DNA from: Eledone cirrhosa
Lineage: Eukaryota
Direction of reading: 5' to 3'
Length of the DNA stretch: 64,000 nt
Assembly: GCA_964016885.1 (NCBI GenBank)
Contig: OZ024746.1
Location: forward strand, 71,114,001 to 71,178,000
The position numbers and the translations under genes were made by a program. A model generated the notes under the pieces. It saw only the letters and a list, made by a program, of their open reading frames with translations, did not search any database and was not told the DNA's origin. Shown piece by piece: positions 26,643-42,770 of the stretch. Position 1 is the stretch's first letter. Each line of letters opens with the position of its first letter.

Positions 26643-27153
26643 GACTGGAGTATGTGTGTATATATGTGTGTGTCTATACGTGTGTATATAAAGATAAGTT
26701 GAGTATGAAAATGTATACACATGAACGCGTATGTATGTACATGTATATATGTGTATATATATATGCATGTGTATATGTCTGTAAGTATGAGCATGTAAGT
26801 ATGTGTATGTGAGTATATGTATTTTGTAGAGGTGTGCATATATGTTTGTGTGTGAATGCGTGGGCGAAAGGATACGTACACTTGAAAGAAAAATTTAAGT
26901 CTGAATGTTAATTAAATGCAAACACAAAACCAACCACGCATATCTATACTATCTCTAATCCTTCTATAGATTTAGAAAAATAACCAATAATATATTCTAT
27001 AAAAATGTCAAAACAACAGATGTGAATCTAATTACTCACTGCCACCAAAAATTCTCACTGCTATCAAAAAACCACTCCCTCAATTATTCTTCTAACAACT
27101 TCACCCCTCCCTCCTAATATTCTCTATAAAAACCAAGCAGGTCCTCAGTAAAA

Positions 27154-27274
27154 TTATTCCGATGAAATGACAGTTGATAATAACATTGAAATATTGAATG
27201 TCTGCATAACTAATACTTTGTAGATAGCAGCTGTTTTCAGGTTATGTAACTGTTATAGAAACACGTGTCAATAA
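27154..27274 (+). ncRNA. Family D hammerhead motif, U4C variant, sense within UNC93 intron 2
   Basis: TTATT-CCGATGA-stem II-GAAA-CACGTG-TC-AATAA. Near-identical to 63011-63127. Confidence 0.62.
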
Positions 27275-27308
27275 ATTCCTTTTAACTAAACTGTATCCAT
27301 TAAAATCC

Positions 27309-27351
<43 letters not shown>

Positions 27352-27767
27352 TATATATATATGCTTATATATATATGTATGTATGTATATGTATATATGT
27401 ATGTGTGCGCGTATGTATATCTATCTGTGTAGCTATCTATATATGTGTATATCAGCCTGTAGGTTGAGGAAAAGGAGGAGGAGAGGAAAGGAGTACAAAC
27501 TCTTCGTACTCCTGGAGATGAGGGTTGCACATTTTTTCGGGGGTATGTGTTACCAATATGAACTGTCTCCCCCTATTGGGGAAAATCGACTAATTTTTAA
27601 ATTGCATTTGTGATAATATTTTACACGTTTTTATTGTATGTAAACTTCCCCCTTTGTATTTGTCCCCTTCTTTTATGCCCCTGTGGCTAATAAAGAAACA
27701 TATCTATATATGTGTGTGTCTCTCTCTCTCTATATATATATATATATAATATGCTCCTCTCTTGCAG

Positions 27768-27903
27768 GCATTCATGTCATGTTTCCTCGGTGTAGACGCA
27801 CTTGGTTACCTGATGACGTCATTCGGTCTATGTGCCGCGGCTGCCTCCTTGATATCAACCTATGTCGTGCCAATGCGTTACAGGACTGTAATATATACTA
27901 CAG
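27768..27903 (+). CDS. UNC93A: UNC93A-like coding exon 3 (AFMSCFLGVDALGYLMTSFGLCAAAASLISTYVVPMRYRTVIYTT)
   Basis: Acceptor ctcttgcag|27768, donor CAG|GTATTC. 136 nt, phase 0 to phase 1. Matches the UNC-93 motif (A/S)(F/Y)xxCxLGxxxxGYxMxxFG. Confidence 0.9.
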
Positions 27904-27910
27904 GTATTCT

Positions 27911-27944
<34 letters not shown>

Positions 27945-28149
27945 TATATATACATACTACGCAGGCACATCATACATCACATACATATACATACACATTA
28001 CACACGTACATACATATCATACATACACATACATCACATAGACATTACGCTTACGCACATTAAGTACGCATCCTATACTCACACACACACACACACACAC
28101 ACACACATTATACACAAACAAATATACATCATACACATCACATACACAC

Positions 28150-28495
28150 GCATTCTATGGCCCCACTTGGTCGCGAATGACCATGGTTTTGCACCTAGAA
28201 AGTTTCCCTCCGCGGCACAATCCTGGGCAGGGTTTGTTTTGTGGACGACCAGCAGTCCCCCATGCATGCCAGTCTCCCCCTCTCCACGCCACCGATGTTG
28301 TCCAAGGGAAAGGCTATGGCCGATACAGCTTGGCACCGGTGACGTCGCAACTCATTTCTACAGCTGAGTGAACTGGAGCAACGTGAAATAAAGTGTCTTG
28401 CTCAAGGACACATCGCATCACCCGGTCCGAGAATCGAACTCACAACCTCTCAATTGCAAGCCCAATGTTCTAACCACTAAGCCATGCGCCTTTCA
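28150..28495 (-). mobile_element. Second tRNA-derived, CORE-like SINE family (fragments at 18190-18345, 19990-20260 and 57000-57140)
   Basis: Minus strand GGCGCATGGCTTAGTGGTTAG..GAGTTCGATTC..GTGTCCTTGAGCAAGACACTT. Confidence 0.7.
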
Positions 28496-28507
28496 CATTA
28501 CACATGC

Positions 28508-28595
<88 letters not shown>

Positions 28596-28613
28596 ACAAT
28601 CTCTATACGTCTC

Positions 28614-28647
<34 letters not shown>

Positions 28648-28700
28648 GGAAAAAATGAAACGAAATTTCATTTCCCACTCTTAGTACGGCTGTTACTTAC

Positions 28701-28756
<56 letters not shown>

Positions 28757-28792
28757 AAGTTAAATAATTTGGTATACAACCAACATATACTC

Positions 28793-28846
<54 letters not shown>

Positions 28847-29517
28847 AACGGAAAAAATGAAACGAAATTTCATTTCCCACTCTTAGTACGGCTGTTACTT
28901 AAATATAAGTATGTATACGTACATACATATATGTGTACAGTTTATCGTTTTCGGTGCACCCGGCCGATTAACCCACTCGATATGCAAATTGGGCTACTCA
29001 GCCGTTAATATGCATAAGGAAAGTATATACTTTCGGACGTTCAACCATCTGGCAGGAAGGTATACGTTGCTGACGATAGCTAACAAGCTTGAAACTAGTA
29101 CAGCGTTCCTTTGTCAGTGTTGAACAAACGAGCAACGGTGGTTGCTAGACACTACGGCTTAATGCGGGATGTTTGTTTACAAACACACCGAGCATTATAA
29201 TAAATGTTCGGTGAATCCATACGTACATATATATATATGTGTGCATGCATGTATATATATATATATACATACTACTGTATGTCTGTATACATATATGTAT
29301 GTATGTATACATACTTATATATATAAATGAAAGTACAGCATATTGGAAGTTCAAGCAGCAGCTAAGCCAGCGAATGCCTTCAGCAGTGCAGCCAAGCACT
29401 CGACAAGGTATAGACCTCAGAGTAATAACATACAGTTTAAAGGGCTTTGCAAATTGAAGATAGCGACCGCTAATTCAGCTGCGTGATCTGTAGTAACGAA
29501 AGAACTGACTAGTGAGA

Positions 29518-29623
<106 letters not shown>

Positions 29624-30445
29624 CACATATATGCACATATCTGTATATATATATATATATATATATATTTAATACATTAACAGAGAAAGCTTTAAGCTAT
29701 ACTCTGACTGGCTTCCATCTCACTCAACAAACATTAGGATATACCTTAGTATAATCCCAATTTTACGTTTGGGGTGCTAACTATATGTATTTTGCAGGAT
29801 TAACGAAAAACACTTCCGAGTTGTGTGGCAAGCGCTCGATAATTCATATGAATTAGAGCTACAACTTACGTTAAAGGCCAAACACACTGAGATGGTGGTT
29901 AAACTAATCATCCGCACAGCGAAAAAACGACCGTCTAATTCGGGTCAAGCAGATATAAAAATATATATGGTTATATATATATATATATATATATATCATA
30001 CGTACACTTTATCAATTATTCATACCATTTTTAACTGGCCCTCTGTGTTATCTACCTAAAAATGATGAAAGGCAAATTTCACTTCGGCGCGATTTGAACC
30101 CAGAAAGTAAAGAGTTGAAACAAATGTTGCTAAGCCTTTGTCCAACAGTCTAACAACATTGCCAATCATCTAGTTTTTAATTCTTCCTAACATTGGCTCA
30201 AGGCCAGCAATTTGAGGGAAAGGGAAATTCGATTATATCGACCCAGTACTTAAATGGTAATTTTTTTTATCGACCTGGAAGGATGAAAGGCAAAGTTGAC
30301 CTCAGTGGGATTTAAATACATAATGTAGAAAATCGTAGCATTTTGTCCGACGCTCTACCGTCCCTTTCATCTTGTTAATATTGATATAATAAAAATAAAT
30401 CTTAATAAAGCATAATAAATCACATTTGTTCTTTTTCATCACCAG

Positions 30446-30577
30446 TTACTCTATTGAACCTGCTTCTTCTGCTATGGATGAGATTCTGGAAAGTCAGTTC
30501 TTTCAACAGTGTTTTAGTCTACATCTTAAGTGGATCTTTGGGTGTTACAGAAGGTCTTTGGACAACTTACACCAACA
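30446..30577 (+). CDS. UNC93A: UNC93A-like coding exon 4 (VTLLNLLLLLWMRFWKVSSFNSVLVYILSGSLGVTEGLWTTYTN), not in the ORF track
   Basis: Acceptor ttctttttcatcaccag|30446, donor ACA|GTACGT. 132 nt, phase 1 to 1. Two hydrophobic segments, aligning by eye to the UNC93A segment LLLWxP...SGLWGxxDAVWQTQ. Confidence 0.85.
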
Positions 30578-31249
30578 GTACGTAACTAGTAATTTCTTCT
30601 TCTTCTTCTTCTTCTTCTTCTTCTTCTTCTTCTTCTTCTTCTTCTTCGCCAGAGAAGATTGTGCGAGAAATGTCCTCAGACACGAGTACTATCAGAAGAA
30701 TCGTTTCAAATGATCCGACTAGATCCCCAAGCAAGACCAACCATTTTACTTCAGTTTCTATATCAAACTTTGTTTCTTGTTATGCTGGCTGGTGGTATAA
30801 GAAATTTATATTTGTTTTCTTGTGTATTAAGCACGAAATTCCAATGTGTCCTTATTAACCCTTCCACTACCATATTTATAAAAAAACAAAAAAAATCAAA
30901 CAAAAAAAAATACAAAAACACTGTCCATGCTTTCCAATTAATTTCGGAAATAACCAAGAATTTGAAGGGATTTAGTAATACAACTTTGTCATTATGTGGT
31001 TGCTGTTGGAACATAAATGTTCTTACAAACAATTATGACGGTTGGATTTTAGATAAATATTAACACTTAAAACAGAAGTTTCAGGCAATTTAGCAACAAA
31101 AAGGTTAACCCTCTTCTACCAGCATACGATTGCCTCCCACCCACAACGTAGCCATCTCAAATCGAAGAGGCAACTCAGTGTGGTGTCGTTCGACCTGTTA
31201 GAATTAACAACTAAATGTTCGATTGTTTATCGGATATTGTATCAGTTGT

Positions 31250-31870
31250 TATGCCAGATGTCGCACCATTTGTTATACCAGATGTCATACCAGATTGTAT
31301 ACCAGGTGTAGTACCAGTTGGTATACCAGATGTCATACACATTGTTATACTAGATGCCGTACTAGTTGCTATACCAGATGTCAAGCCAGTTGTTATACCA
31401 GATGACTTATTAGCTATCATACCAGATGTCGTGCCAGCTGTTATACCAGATGTCATACCAGCTTTTATACCAGGTGTAGTACCAGTTGGTATACCAGATG
31501 TCATACACATTGTTATACTAGATGCCGTACTAGTTGCTATACCAGATGTCGAGCCAGCTGTTATACCAGATGAGATACCACTTCTTATACCAGTTATTAT
31601 TCCAGATATCACATTAGTCGTTGTAGCAGATATTGTACCAGCGATTTTGCCAAATGTTCTACCAGGTGTTGTACCAAATGTTTTGTTGTAACAGTGGTAG
31701 CACCAGACGTTCTACAGATGTTGTACCAGATTTAATAGCTATTATACCAGATGTTTTGTTAGATGATGTGCTAGATGTTATACAAATCATACAACGCCGT
31801 ACTAGCTGCGGTCTGATATTTTGTGCCAGATATTGTCCAGATATTGTACCAGTTGTATCAGTTGTACAAT
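31250..31870. repeat. Degenerate 12-bp-period minisatellite (ATACCAGATGTC / ATACCAGTTGTT) with a 168-bp higher-order duplication
   Basis: 31271-31405 is repeated at 31439-31573. Confidence 0.85.
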
Positions 31871-31908
31871 ATCCATGATAATTTATTATTTACTCTTTCT
31901 TTACACAG

Positions 31909-32105
31909 GTCTACCGGGCATCCTATTCCCGGAAAATCTGGAGGCAGCCTACTCCAATTTCCAGCTTGTCATTGCAGTGGCCATGATGACAGGGTATTCC
32001 TATGCACACCAACTCTGTATGGTGGAGAAGATCTACTTGAACGCGGCCGCTTGTGTAACGGCATATATTGCATACTTGACACTACAGAAATTCAAAAGGA
32101 CCTGA
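31909..32105 (+). CDS. UNC93A: UNC93A-like coding exon 5, terminal (SLPGILFPENLEAAYSNFQLVIAVAMMTGYSYAHQLCMVEKIYL...FKRT*)
   Basis: Acceptor tctttacacag|31909, phase 1, stop TGA ending 32105. Matches the family motif LxGxLF..xEAAxxNxxL...LCxxxKxY. Confidence 0.9.
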
Positions 32106-32256
32106 CACAATCCAATATGGCATCTGCCCCTTTAACTGACTTATTGAATATCTGACGGTTTAGCTATTAGTCTCTTTATCTGTCTATCTGTCTATCTGCC
32201 TGTCTTTCTGTCACTTTAACTGGATGTCTATTTATGTGTCTGCATGTCTGCCTGCC

Positions 32257-32317
<61 letters not shown>

Positions 32318-32364
32318 GATTATCTGTGTGACTAACTGATTGTCAGTCTATTTGTCTACGTCTC

Positions 32365-34110
<1,746 letters not shown>

Positions 34111-34139
34111 TATGTATTTATTTTCATTAACGAACGTAC

Positions 34140-36150
34140 CTAAAACAAGACTTTTGAAAAAGTCTAACCCAGCCACATCTTTGGTTTTAACATTTAGAAA
34201 ATTCAATTTATTAAGGATTGGGTTGTCGACCATCCACACCACATTCGTTTCTTCATCCCAATCGAGACCCATCTCAACAATTACCACTTTGAATCTGAAG
34301 TGAGGTTGAGGAATTTCATAACCATTAACGCGGATCCCATTGACAAAGAATGTAGAGCTGGCATTTTCCTGTGTGATACTTTTACAACAGACGCAATGGA
34401 CCTATTCTCTAATGGCTACTGTGAATCGGTTTCTTTACAGAGCAAAACCAATAATTAAAACATATTTGTGGTATATAGGCCACCCCAAGCCTCTCCAAAG
34501 TGAGTAAAAGGATATTTCAACAACATTAAGGTTTTTTTTCTTCAACTTTGCTACACTGGTAATATATCAATGATGTGTGACTACAACTTCCCCTGCGTTA
34601 ACTAGTCTACAACTACTTTGAAACAAACTATTTCCATCTCAATCCCTGACAAAGCAGCAATAGAGTTACTTTTCGAATTTATGGACGAATTTCTCCTGTT
34701 TCAACTTATGATCGCGCCAACAAGATGTCACAAAAACATTTTGGACCTAGTGTTTAGTAACCACTCTAACACTATCCACAATATTGCAATGGAAAAAACC
34801 TCTCTTAAACAAACATATAAGTCCAGTGTTTCTCTCCAGCCCCCTACCATTTGATAATATGGATATTCACAATGCAAATTGGGAAACACACGTACTCCCA
34901 CCAACATAAAAAAAATATCTTGGCAGATATTTGTAGACACTGTTACAATATATATACTCAAAACATACTACATCACTATTCGTAAACAAAACTAAGCACA
35001 GATTCTTGAAATAGAAAATCTATTATTAGAAAAGACAAAACAAAAGTGACTTAATAAGAAAATCAACCAACTAAAATATTGTCAGCAGCAACAGATCCAT
35101 TCGGCTGCTATAACGTTGCTCGAATCCCCAAAATATAATCTTTAAAACTGTATGATGACCATCATCAATAACCAAAGAACTGCTGAGAAGAACTGGGTCA
35201 TTGAGAACATTCAATTCAATTCAAAAGTGTTCTTCTCATTTGCCAAATAATACAAGGTCGTTATTTCTTCTGTTAGTCTTCTGATTGACGAAAACAACGT
35301 TCTCCGTGATAATGCTAAAAACCATGAGTGAAATACCATAAAAACAATATTGCTCTGTTCTCAGCAAATCTGATATGGTTGATCTGGACAATAGCAGTGA
35401 TATTAACCCCCAGCACATCATATCTAAGATAACTTTTGATGCCCTTGATAACTTAGTGGCAATAAACAAAATTAAACACAATTCAGGAGTCAATTCAGGG
35501 CTCAATTGGGTCCCTGCTAGTATCCTGAAGGAGTGTCAACTTCAACTTTCATCCTCTCTAGCTAATCTCTGGATTAATTCACTGGAAGTATCCCTGAGCA
35601 TTTTCTATCCCAATCTGTTGTCCCAGTTTTCAAAAAGAGAAACAAGTCCCTATCAGTGAATTAGCGTCTGATCTCACTCTCCTCTCATATCATTAAGGTA
35701 TTTGAGAGGGTGATGAAATCACGAATAACTCAATTCTTCAAACAACCACCAATCAACAATCACCTGAATTCCAACCAGAGGGTTTCTACGATCGCAGGGA
35801 CTGCTTAACACAGCTTTTGCATCTCATTGTTGACATTTTGATCGAAGGGGCATATTCAAAATCAGTAAAGGTAATTAGCGGTCTCCAACAAGGCTCTGCA
35901 TTTGGTTCACTTCTCTTCATTATTTACATCAAAGACATAATAGTCGTCATCAAGTACAGCAAAATAAAAATCTTCAAAGATTATTCCAGGCCCCAGAGGG
36001 TCATCAACGGTGTAGGAAACCGGATATACCTTCAATCTGATCTCTTCACTGTTATTCAAGGAAAAAACAATTTGCTACTAAACGAAGAAAAATTTGAGTT
36101 ATTTCATTTTGGACAAGAGGGCTCATTTATGTCACTATATTCTCTTCACT
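34140..36150 (+). mobile_element. Degenerate CR1/L2-type LINE (APE endonuclease and RT remnants, many stops and frameshifts)
   Basis: YRPP, DYNFP and PTR..NILDLVFSN (APE); [14 protein letters not shown] and [21 protein letters not shown] (RT). Confidence 0.8.
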
Positions 36151-36270
36151 CACGTATACATACCTGCATTCATACTGGCATATATACATACATGCAGACA
36201 TATACACATACGTACACACATATGTACATATACAAACATATATATATATATATATGTATGTATATATATG

Positions 36271-36371
<101 letters not shown>

Positions 36372-36484
36372 ATGTATATATATGTATACATATATATACA
36401 TATATATACATATATATATATGTATATATATGTATACATATATATACATATATATACATATATATATATGTATATATATGTATA

Positions 36485-36570
<86 letters not shown>

Positions 36571-36620
36571 TATACATATATATACATATACATATATATA
36601 CATATATATATATATGTATA

Positions 36621-36669
<49 letters not shown>

Positions 36670-37157
36670 TTATGTATATATGTCTTTCACTACCTCAATT
36701 AAACGTATCACTGTAAATAAATGTAGACACATTGATGCATAAATGTTTCCATATATATTATTACACATTGCGACCAGCGATGTACAAGGAAGACATCTGA
36801 TATTCTGGTGAATCTAAGGATCGAAGGATATTATTATTCATAATGGATTGGCAGTATCGTTAGAGGGTCAGGCGCCATGCTTTGACGCTTAGAGTTACGG
36901 CCCTTGCCATTCTGAGTTCAAATCCCGCCGAGGTTAACTTTGCCTTTCATCCTTACGGGGTCGATAAAATAAAGTACCAGTAATACACTGGGATAATTGC
37001 TGGCCTTGTGCCAAAAAGTAGAAACAATTATTATTCATAAATGCACACGGACTCACACGTAAACATCCAAAATCACACGCACATACAACCATTATATATA
37101 TATATATATACATACACACACACACTCACTCACACACATATATATATAAATACACAC

Positions 37158-37228
<71 letters not shown>

Positions 37229-37422
37229 ACAAAGAGGGTGTGGTAAGATGCGAGGTGGACCATAACGTACCAGAGTACTCTATATTTAGGGTAGTAGAGT
37301 GGGTAATATGAAAAGATTCAGGCCCCCGACGGCTGAGCTCCGGCCGTTTCGACAGCTAGATCCGAACTGTTCGGATCTAGCTGTCGAAACGGCCGGAGCT
37401 CAGCCGTCGGGGTCCTGAATCT

Positions 37423-37580
<158 letters not shown>

Positions 37581-37666
37581 GTATATATATATGTATATAT
37601 ATATATATATATGTATGTATATATGTATGAATATATATATGTATGTATATAATATGTATGAATATA

Positions 37667-37735
<69 letters not shown>

Positions 37736-37750
37736 ATATGTATGAATATA

Positions 37751-37795
<45 letters not shown>

Positions 37796-37810
37796 ATATG
37801 TATGAATATA

Positions 37811-37881
<71 letters not shown>

Positions 37882-37882
37882 T

Positions 37883-37937
<55 letters not shown>

Positions 37938-38021
37938 GTATATATATATGTATATATATATATATGTATATATACATATATATATACATATATATATATA
38001 TATACATATATACATATATAC

Positions 38022-38054
<33 letters not shown>

Positions 38055-38157
38055 AAACTATGCGCCGACAAATCTATCCATCCAGCCATACACCCATGTG
38101 TGTGTATGCTAACACAATGTGAGATAGGTAAATACAGACGCATCCACAACTATGCAT

Positions 38158-38317
38158 ATATAATAAGAAAACAGGATGAAGTTTCGTTTATATGTTTTTA
38201 TATTTTTATTGAGTATCGACCTGTTACGTGCGTTCAATGCACGTATCAGGTCGATACTCAATAAAAACATTGCCAAAAACATGTAAACGAAACTTTATCG
38301 TTTTTTTCTTATTATAT
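38158..38317. repeat. ~160-bp imperfect palindrome
   Basis: TTTTATTGAGTATCGACCTG...CAGGTCGATACTCAATAAAA with mirrored outer arms. Confidence 0.8.
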
Positions 38318-38673
38318 AAACTCTTTCTGTGGATCAAGTGGTCGTATTAGCACTCCCACCATTAATTCACTGAATCTCCTACCCCCCCCCCCCACACATA
38401 TAGATATACGCACACACGCACACCCCCAGACGTATATAGATATACGCACACAATCATACACAGATATAGTGCACATATATATATATATATATGAATGTAT
38501 AAATTACGCACAATGATGTCCAAATAAATGAAAAGAATGCTTGTGCGTTTGAGTGTGTGTGCGTAAGTGAATGAGTGTGTGTAACGCATTCATCACCAAG
38601 TGGTAAGAAAACTCTATATCAATAGAAGAATTATACAGTTACATAATAACAATATTATATAACATTAAACATT

Positions 38674-38771
38674 TGTCAACATAAGGCCCGATGAATACCG
38701 AGTCGATGTAGTGATGCATTAAACTCGAAGAAAATGATCTCTTCACGTATGAAACTAGACGGTAGCCGACA
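38674..38771 (+). ncRNA. Type I hammerhead-like motif, U4C variant
   Basis: TGTC..GGC-CCGATGA-ATAC...GTAT-GAAA-CTAGACG-GTA-GCC-GACA. Stem I has an internal bulge. Confidence 0.55.
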
Positions 38772-38988
38772 TAATGTTGTTTTGACATCGTGGCAGTATC
38801 GGTAGAGGGTCGGACGCCATGCTTTCTAGCATAGTTACGTCCCTTTACAGTCTGAGTTCAAATCCCGCCGAGGTTAACTTTGCCTTTCATCCTTACGGGG
38901 TCGATAAAATAAAGTACCAGTAATGCACTGGGTAATTGCTGGCCTTGTGCCTAAAGTAGAAACAGTTATTATGTCACAACATATACAC

Positions 38989-39128
<140 letters not shown>

Positions 39129-39218
39129 TGGACTGGGTAATTGCTGGCCTTGTGCCAAAAGAAGAAACAATTGTATATATATATATATACATATATATGT
39201 GTATGTGTGTGTTAAGAA

Positions 39219-39340
39219 GCGTCACGTCATGAATTAACCGGAAGGGCGTGGTTTTGTTTATAGAGTTGAATCAACGTCATCCTTGACGTATTCGAGTGAT
39301 CATTGAACCTCGCTGTTGACTAGGCGCCATATTTGAATAC
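39219..39340. promoter_or_regulatory. Candidate housekeeping-type promoter
   Basis: Unique, CpG-richer island clustering CGTCACGTCA (CRE-like), CCGGAAG (ETS), GGGCGTGG (Sp/KLF), TGACGT and GCGCCATATTT (YY1-like). No linked gene identified. Confidence 0.4.
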
Positions 39341-40035
39341 AACTCTGTAAAGAGGAGAGGAAATTAACTCGAAGGTTATTATGAATCAACACAAATCGAA
39401 GAAAGATATTATACAAAGCTACTCATGCACACAAGATATTTTAACTAGAATTGAACCCATGATCTTCCGGTTTCAGACAATATGTTATTTTGCTAATTTC
39501 ATGTTTTATTAAAGTCAAAAATTCTTTTTCAACAATCCTGTATATCTTTTCATAAAGAGAATTTAATAAAATATATGCCGTGTTGTATGTTTCTTTTTTT
39601 AAATTTTCTAATAATTCAGTGTATGTATGCAGTGTATGTATAGGTGTATATTTAGGTGAGCAATTAGGCAGAGTTCTTAAAGCATTTTATTAAATATCCC
39701 GTATTTGTTTCATCACTCAGCACCCTCAATTTAAATCCCATCAACGTTGGCCTCCGATAAACCACTTAAACACGAATATACATCACGAATATACACACAC
39801 ATTATAAATATGTTCAGTATATATATATATATATATTCGTCCTAGATATATGAAAGACACTAATTACAACGTCTAGAACATCTTCCGCCAAGTCACTCGC
39901 CATATAATATATCTCCAAAGAAAAGGTAATTTATACTTACTAAGGGAAATAACTTTTAAAATAGAACAAACAAGTTATTTCCCTGAAAACAGAAATTTAC
40001 AGGGGAGATAAACAGGTATTAAAATTACTGCATTC

Positions 40036-40066
<31 letters not shown>

Positions 40067-41781
40067 TGTATGTATGTATGTATGTATGTATGTATGTATG
40101 TATGTATGTATGTATGTATGTATGTATGTATGTATGTGTGTATGTGTGTGTGTGTATGTATGTTCTTCTGGATTTATAATTTCATAAAGTTTTACCAATA
40201 GAGAGAGAGTCGGTTTCTAATATAGACACAAGACTCTCTCATTGGAATTTACACAACATCAACTAGGTAGATATGTATGTATGCATGCATATGTAGATAT
40301 GGATGTTATTGTATGTGTGGATGTGTATGTTTTGAGTTGTATGTGTGCATGTGTATATGTTTTGTATCTGTACATGTGTATATGCAGTTATTAGATGCAA
40401 CATTTTTTGAATGTTTTACATACTTTTACTGTTCCATTAATGGATTGTATTTGTAATTTCCTAACTAGTTGTGTTCTTTCTGTTCCTGTGAAGCCTAGCT
40501 TCTCTATGTATGTATGTATGTATGTATGTATGTATGTATGTTTTCTCTTTCTCTTAATTTCGAGTATATTTTTTTGACCGGCCACCTTCCTGGTGGCAAG
40601 GTTGTAAAAGAAAAGAAATTGTCATCCCTTGAATCGCAAGAATTATGTATGTATGTATGTATGTATGTATGTATGTATGTATGTATGTATGTATGTATGT
40701 ATGTATGTATGTATGTATGTATGTATGTTTTGGTTGCCGACTCTGTGTAAGACATTTTAGATCATTGGCTGGGCTTTCCACATTCGATCGCAGCGCTGTT
40801 AATTGCTATCGTGTGTGTATAGATATGTTTGTGTGTGTGCGTGTGTGTGTATATATATATGTATATTATTATTGTTGCGGTGGATTGGCAGTATCGGTAG
40901 AGGGTCGGACGCCATGCTTTGATGCATTGAGTTACGGCCCTTGCCATTCTGAGTTCAAATCCCGCCGAGGTTAACTTTGCCTTTCATCCTTACGGGGTCG
41001 ATAAAATAAAGTACCAGTAATGAACTGGGTAATTGCTGGCCTTGTGCTAAAGGTAGAAACAATTATTATTGTTGTTGTCGTTATTATTATTGTTGTTATT
41101 ATTATTGTTATTATTATGTTTTTTTTCTTCTCGTGCAATGGCCATACTCGATAACGAGGGGGCCAGCCATCATGTATACATGTATGTGAGTATATACTGT
41201 ATATAACTGATAATTTTGATAGGATTCGGCTGGAATATTGACGGACCATGTTCAACTTAATAGCACCATCATATATATATGTATGTATATATATATAAGT
41301 ATGTATACGTGCATACATATATGAATACAGACGTACACATATATATATGTACGTATGGGTTTACCGAACATTTATTATAATGCTCGGTTTGTTTGTAAAT
41401 AAACAGCCCGAATTAGTAGCCGTACAGTGTTCGGCAACCATCGTTGCCCTTTTGTTCAACACTGACAAAGGAATGATGAACTAGTTTCTAGCTTATTAGC
41501 TGTCATCAGCACTGTATACTTTCCTGTCAGTCGATTGAACGTTTGAAAGTATATACTTTCCTTATGCCTATTAACGGCTGAGCAGCCTAATTTGCATATC
41601 GAGTGAGTTAGTCGACCGGGTGTACCGGTAAACCCATACGTACACATATATATATGTGTGCATGTATGTATGTATATACATACTATTGTACGTCTGTATA
41701 CATATATGTATGCACGTATACATACTTATATTTAAGTATCAGCCGTACTAAGAGTGAGAAATGAAATTTCATTTTTTCCAC

Positions 41782-41865
<84 letters not shown>

Positions 41866-41939
41866 GTAATCTGAGTTTTTCGAATATTAATAATAATATT
41901 CGATTCGTTTGCAATTCGTTTGCAAACGAATCGAATGTT

Positions 41940-42125
41940 GGTGGATTGGCAGTATCAGTAGAGGGTCGGACGCCATGCTTTCCAGCATAGTTACGTCCCT
42001 TTACGATCTGAGTTCAAATCCCGCCGAGGTTGACTTTGCCTTTCATCCTTACGGGGTCGATAAAATAAAGTACCAGTAATGCACTGGTAATTGCTGGCCT
42101 TGTGCCTAAAGTAGAAACAATTATT
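41940..42125 (+). mobile_element. Representative copy of the dominant ~190-bp tRNA-derived SINE. Others near 6548, 9477, 10340, 10543, 12273, 12721, 12833, 13195, 16319, 16922, 18510, 22399, 30180, 36845, 38791, 40878, 43741, 46735 and 53545
   Basis: A box TGGCAGTATC(A/G)G, B box GAGTTCAAATCCC, central GCCTTTCATCCTTACGGGGTCGATAAAATAAAGTACCAG (MetaSINE-like core, from memory), (ATT)n tail. Confidence 0.88.
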
Positions 42126-42282
42126 AATATCGAGTACTCGATACTTCGTGTAGTAGAGTGGGAAATAGGAAAAGAGTCAGGACCCCGACGGCTGAGCCCC
42201 GAAAACGACAGCTAGATCCGAAAAATTCGGATCTAGCTGTCGAAACAGCTGGAGCTCAGCCGCCGGTGTCCTGACTCTTTTC

Positions 42283-42313
<31 letters not shown>

Positions 42314-42525
42314 AATATAAATTAGCGAGAATCGTTTTCAGCTCAGGAATTAACGAAAATCAACGTCCGATATGTGTGGCAAGCGCTCGATGAATCATAT
42401 GAATCAGAGCTACAACATACGTTAAGGGCCAAACACACTGAGATGATGGTTAAACATATCATCCGCACAGCCAAAATCAAAACGACCAAGTAATTCGGGT
42501 CAAACAATAAAAATATATGTGTTGA

Positions 42526-42589
<64 letters not shown>

Positions 42590-42739
42590 CAATAATATTA
42601 ATAAATGGAAACTATCTTTATAAAACCATATTTATTTTATTATATATATTTCAAGGGTACCAAAATATTGGTACGCTCTCATCAGATAAAATATAAAAGT
42701 TGTTTTACAGATAATGACATATTCAAAACTAGAAAGAAA

Positions 42740-42770
<31 letters not shown>

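Noticed and set aside
30659-31063. Hydrophobic 134-aa ORF as the missing UNC93 exon
   Set aside because: No family motif or splice sites; exon 30446-30577 fits phase and homology instead.
41940-42025. tRNA gene-like A and B boxes
   Set aside because: These are SINE heads continuing into the SINE core; no proper cloverleaf ends.
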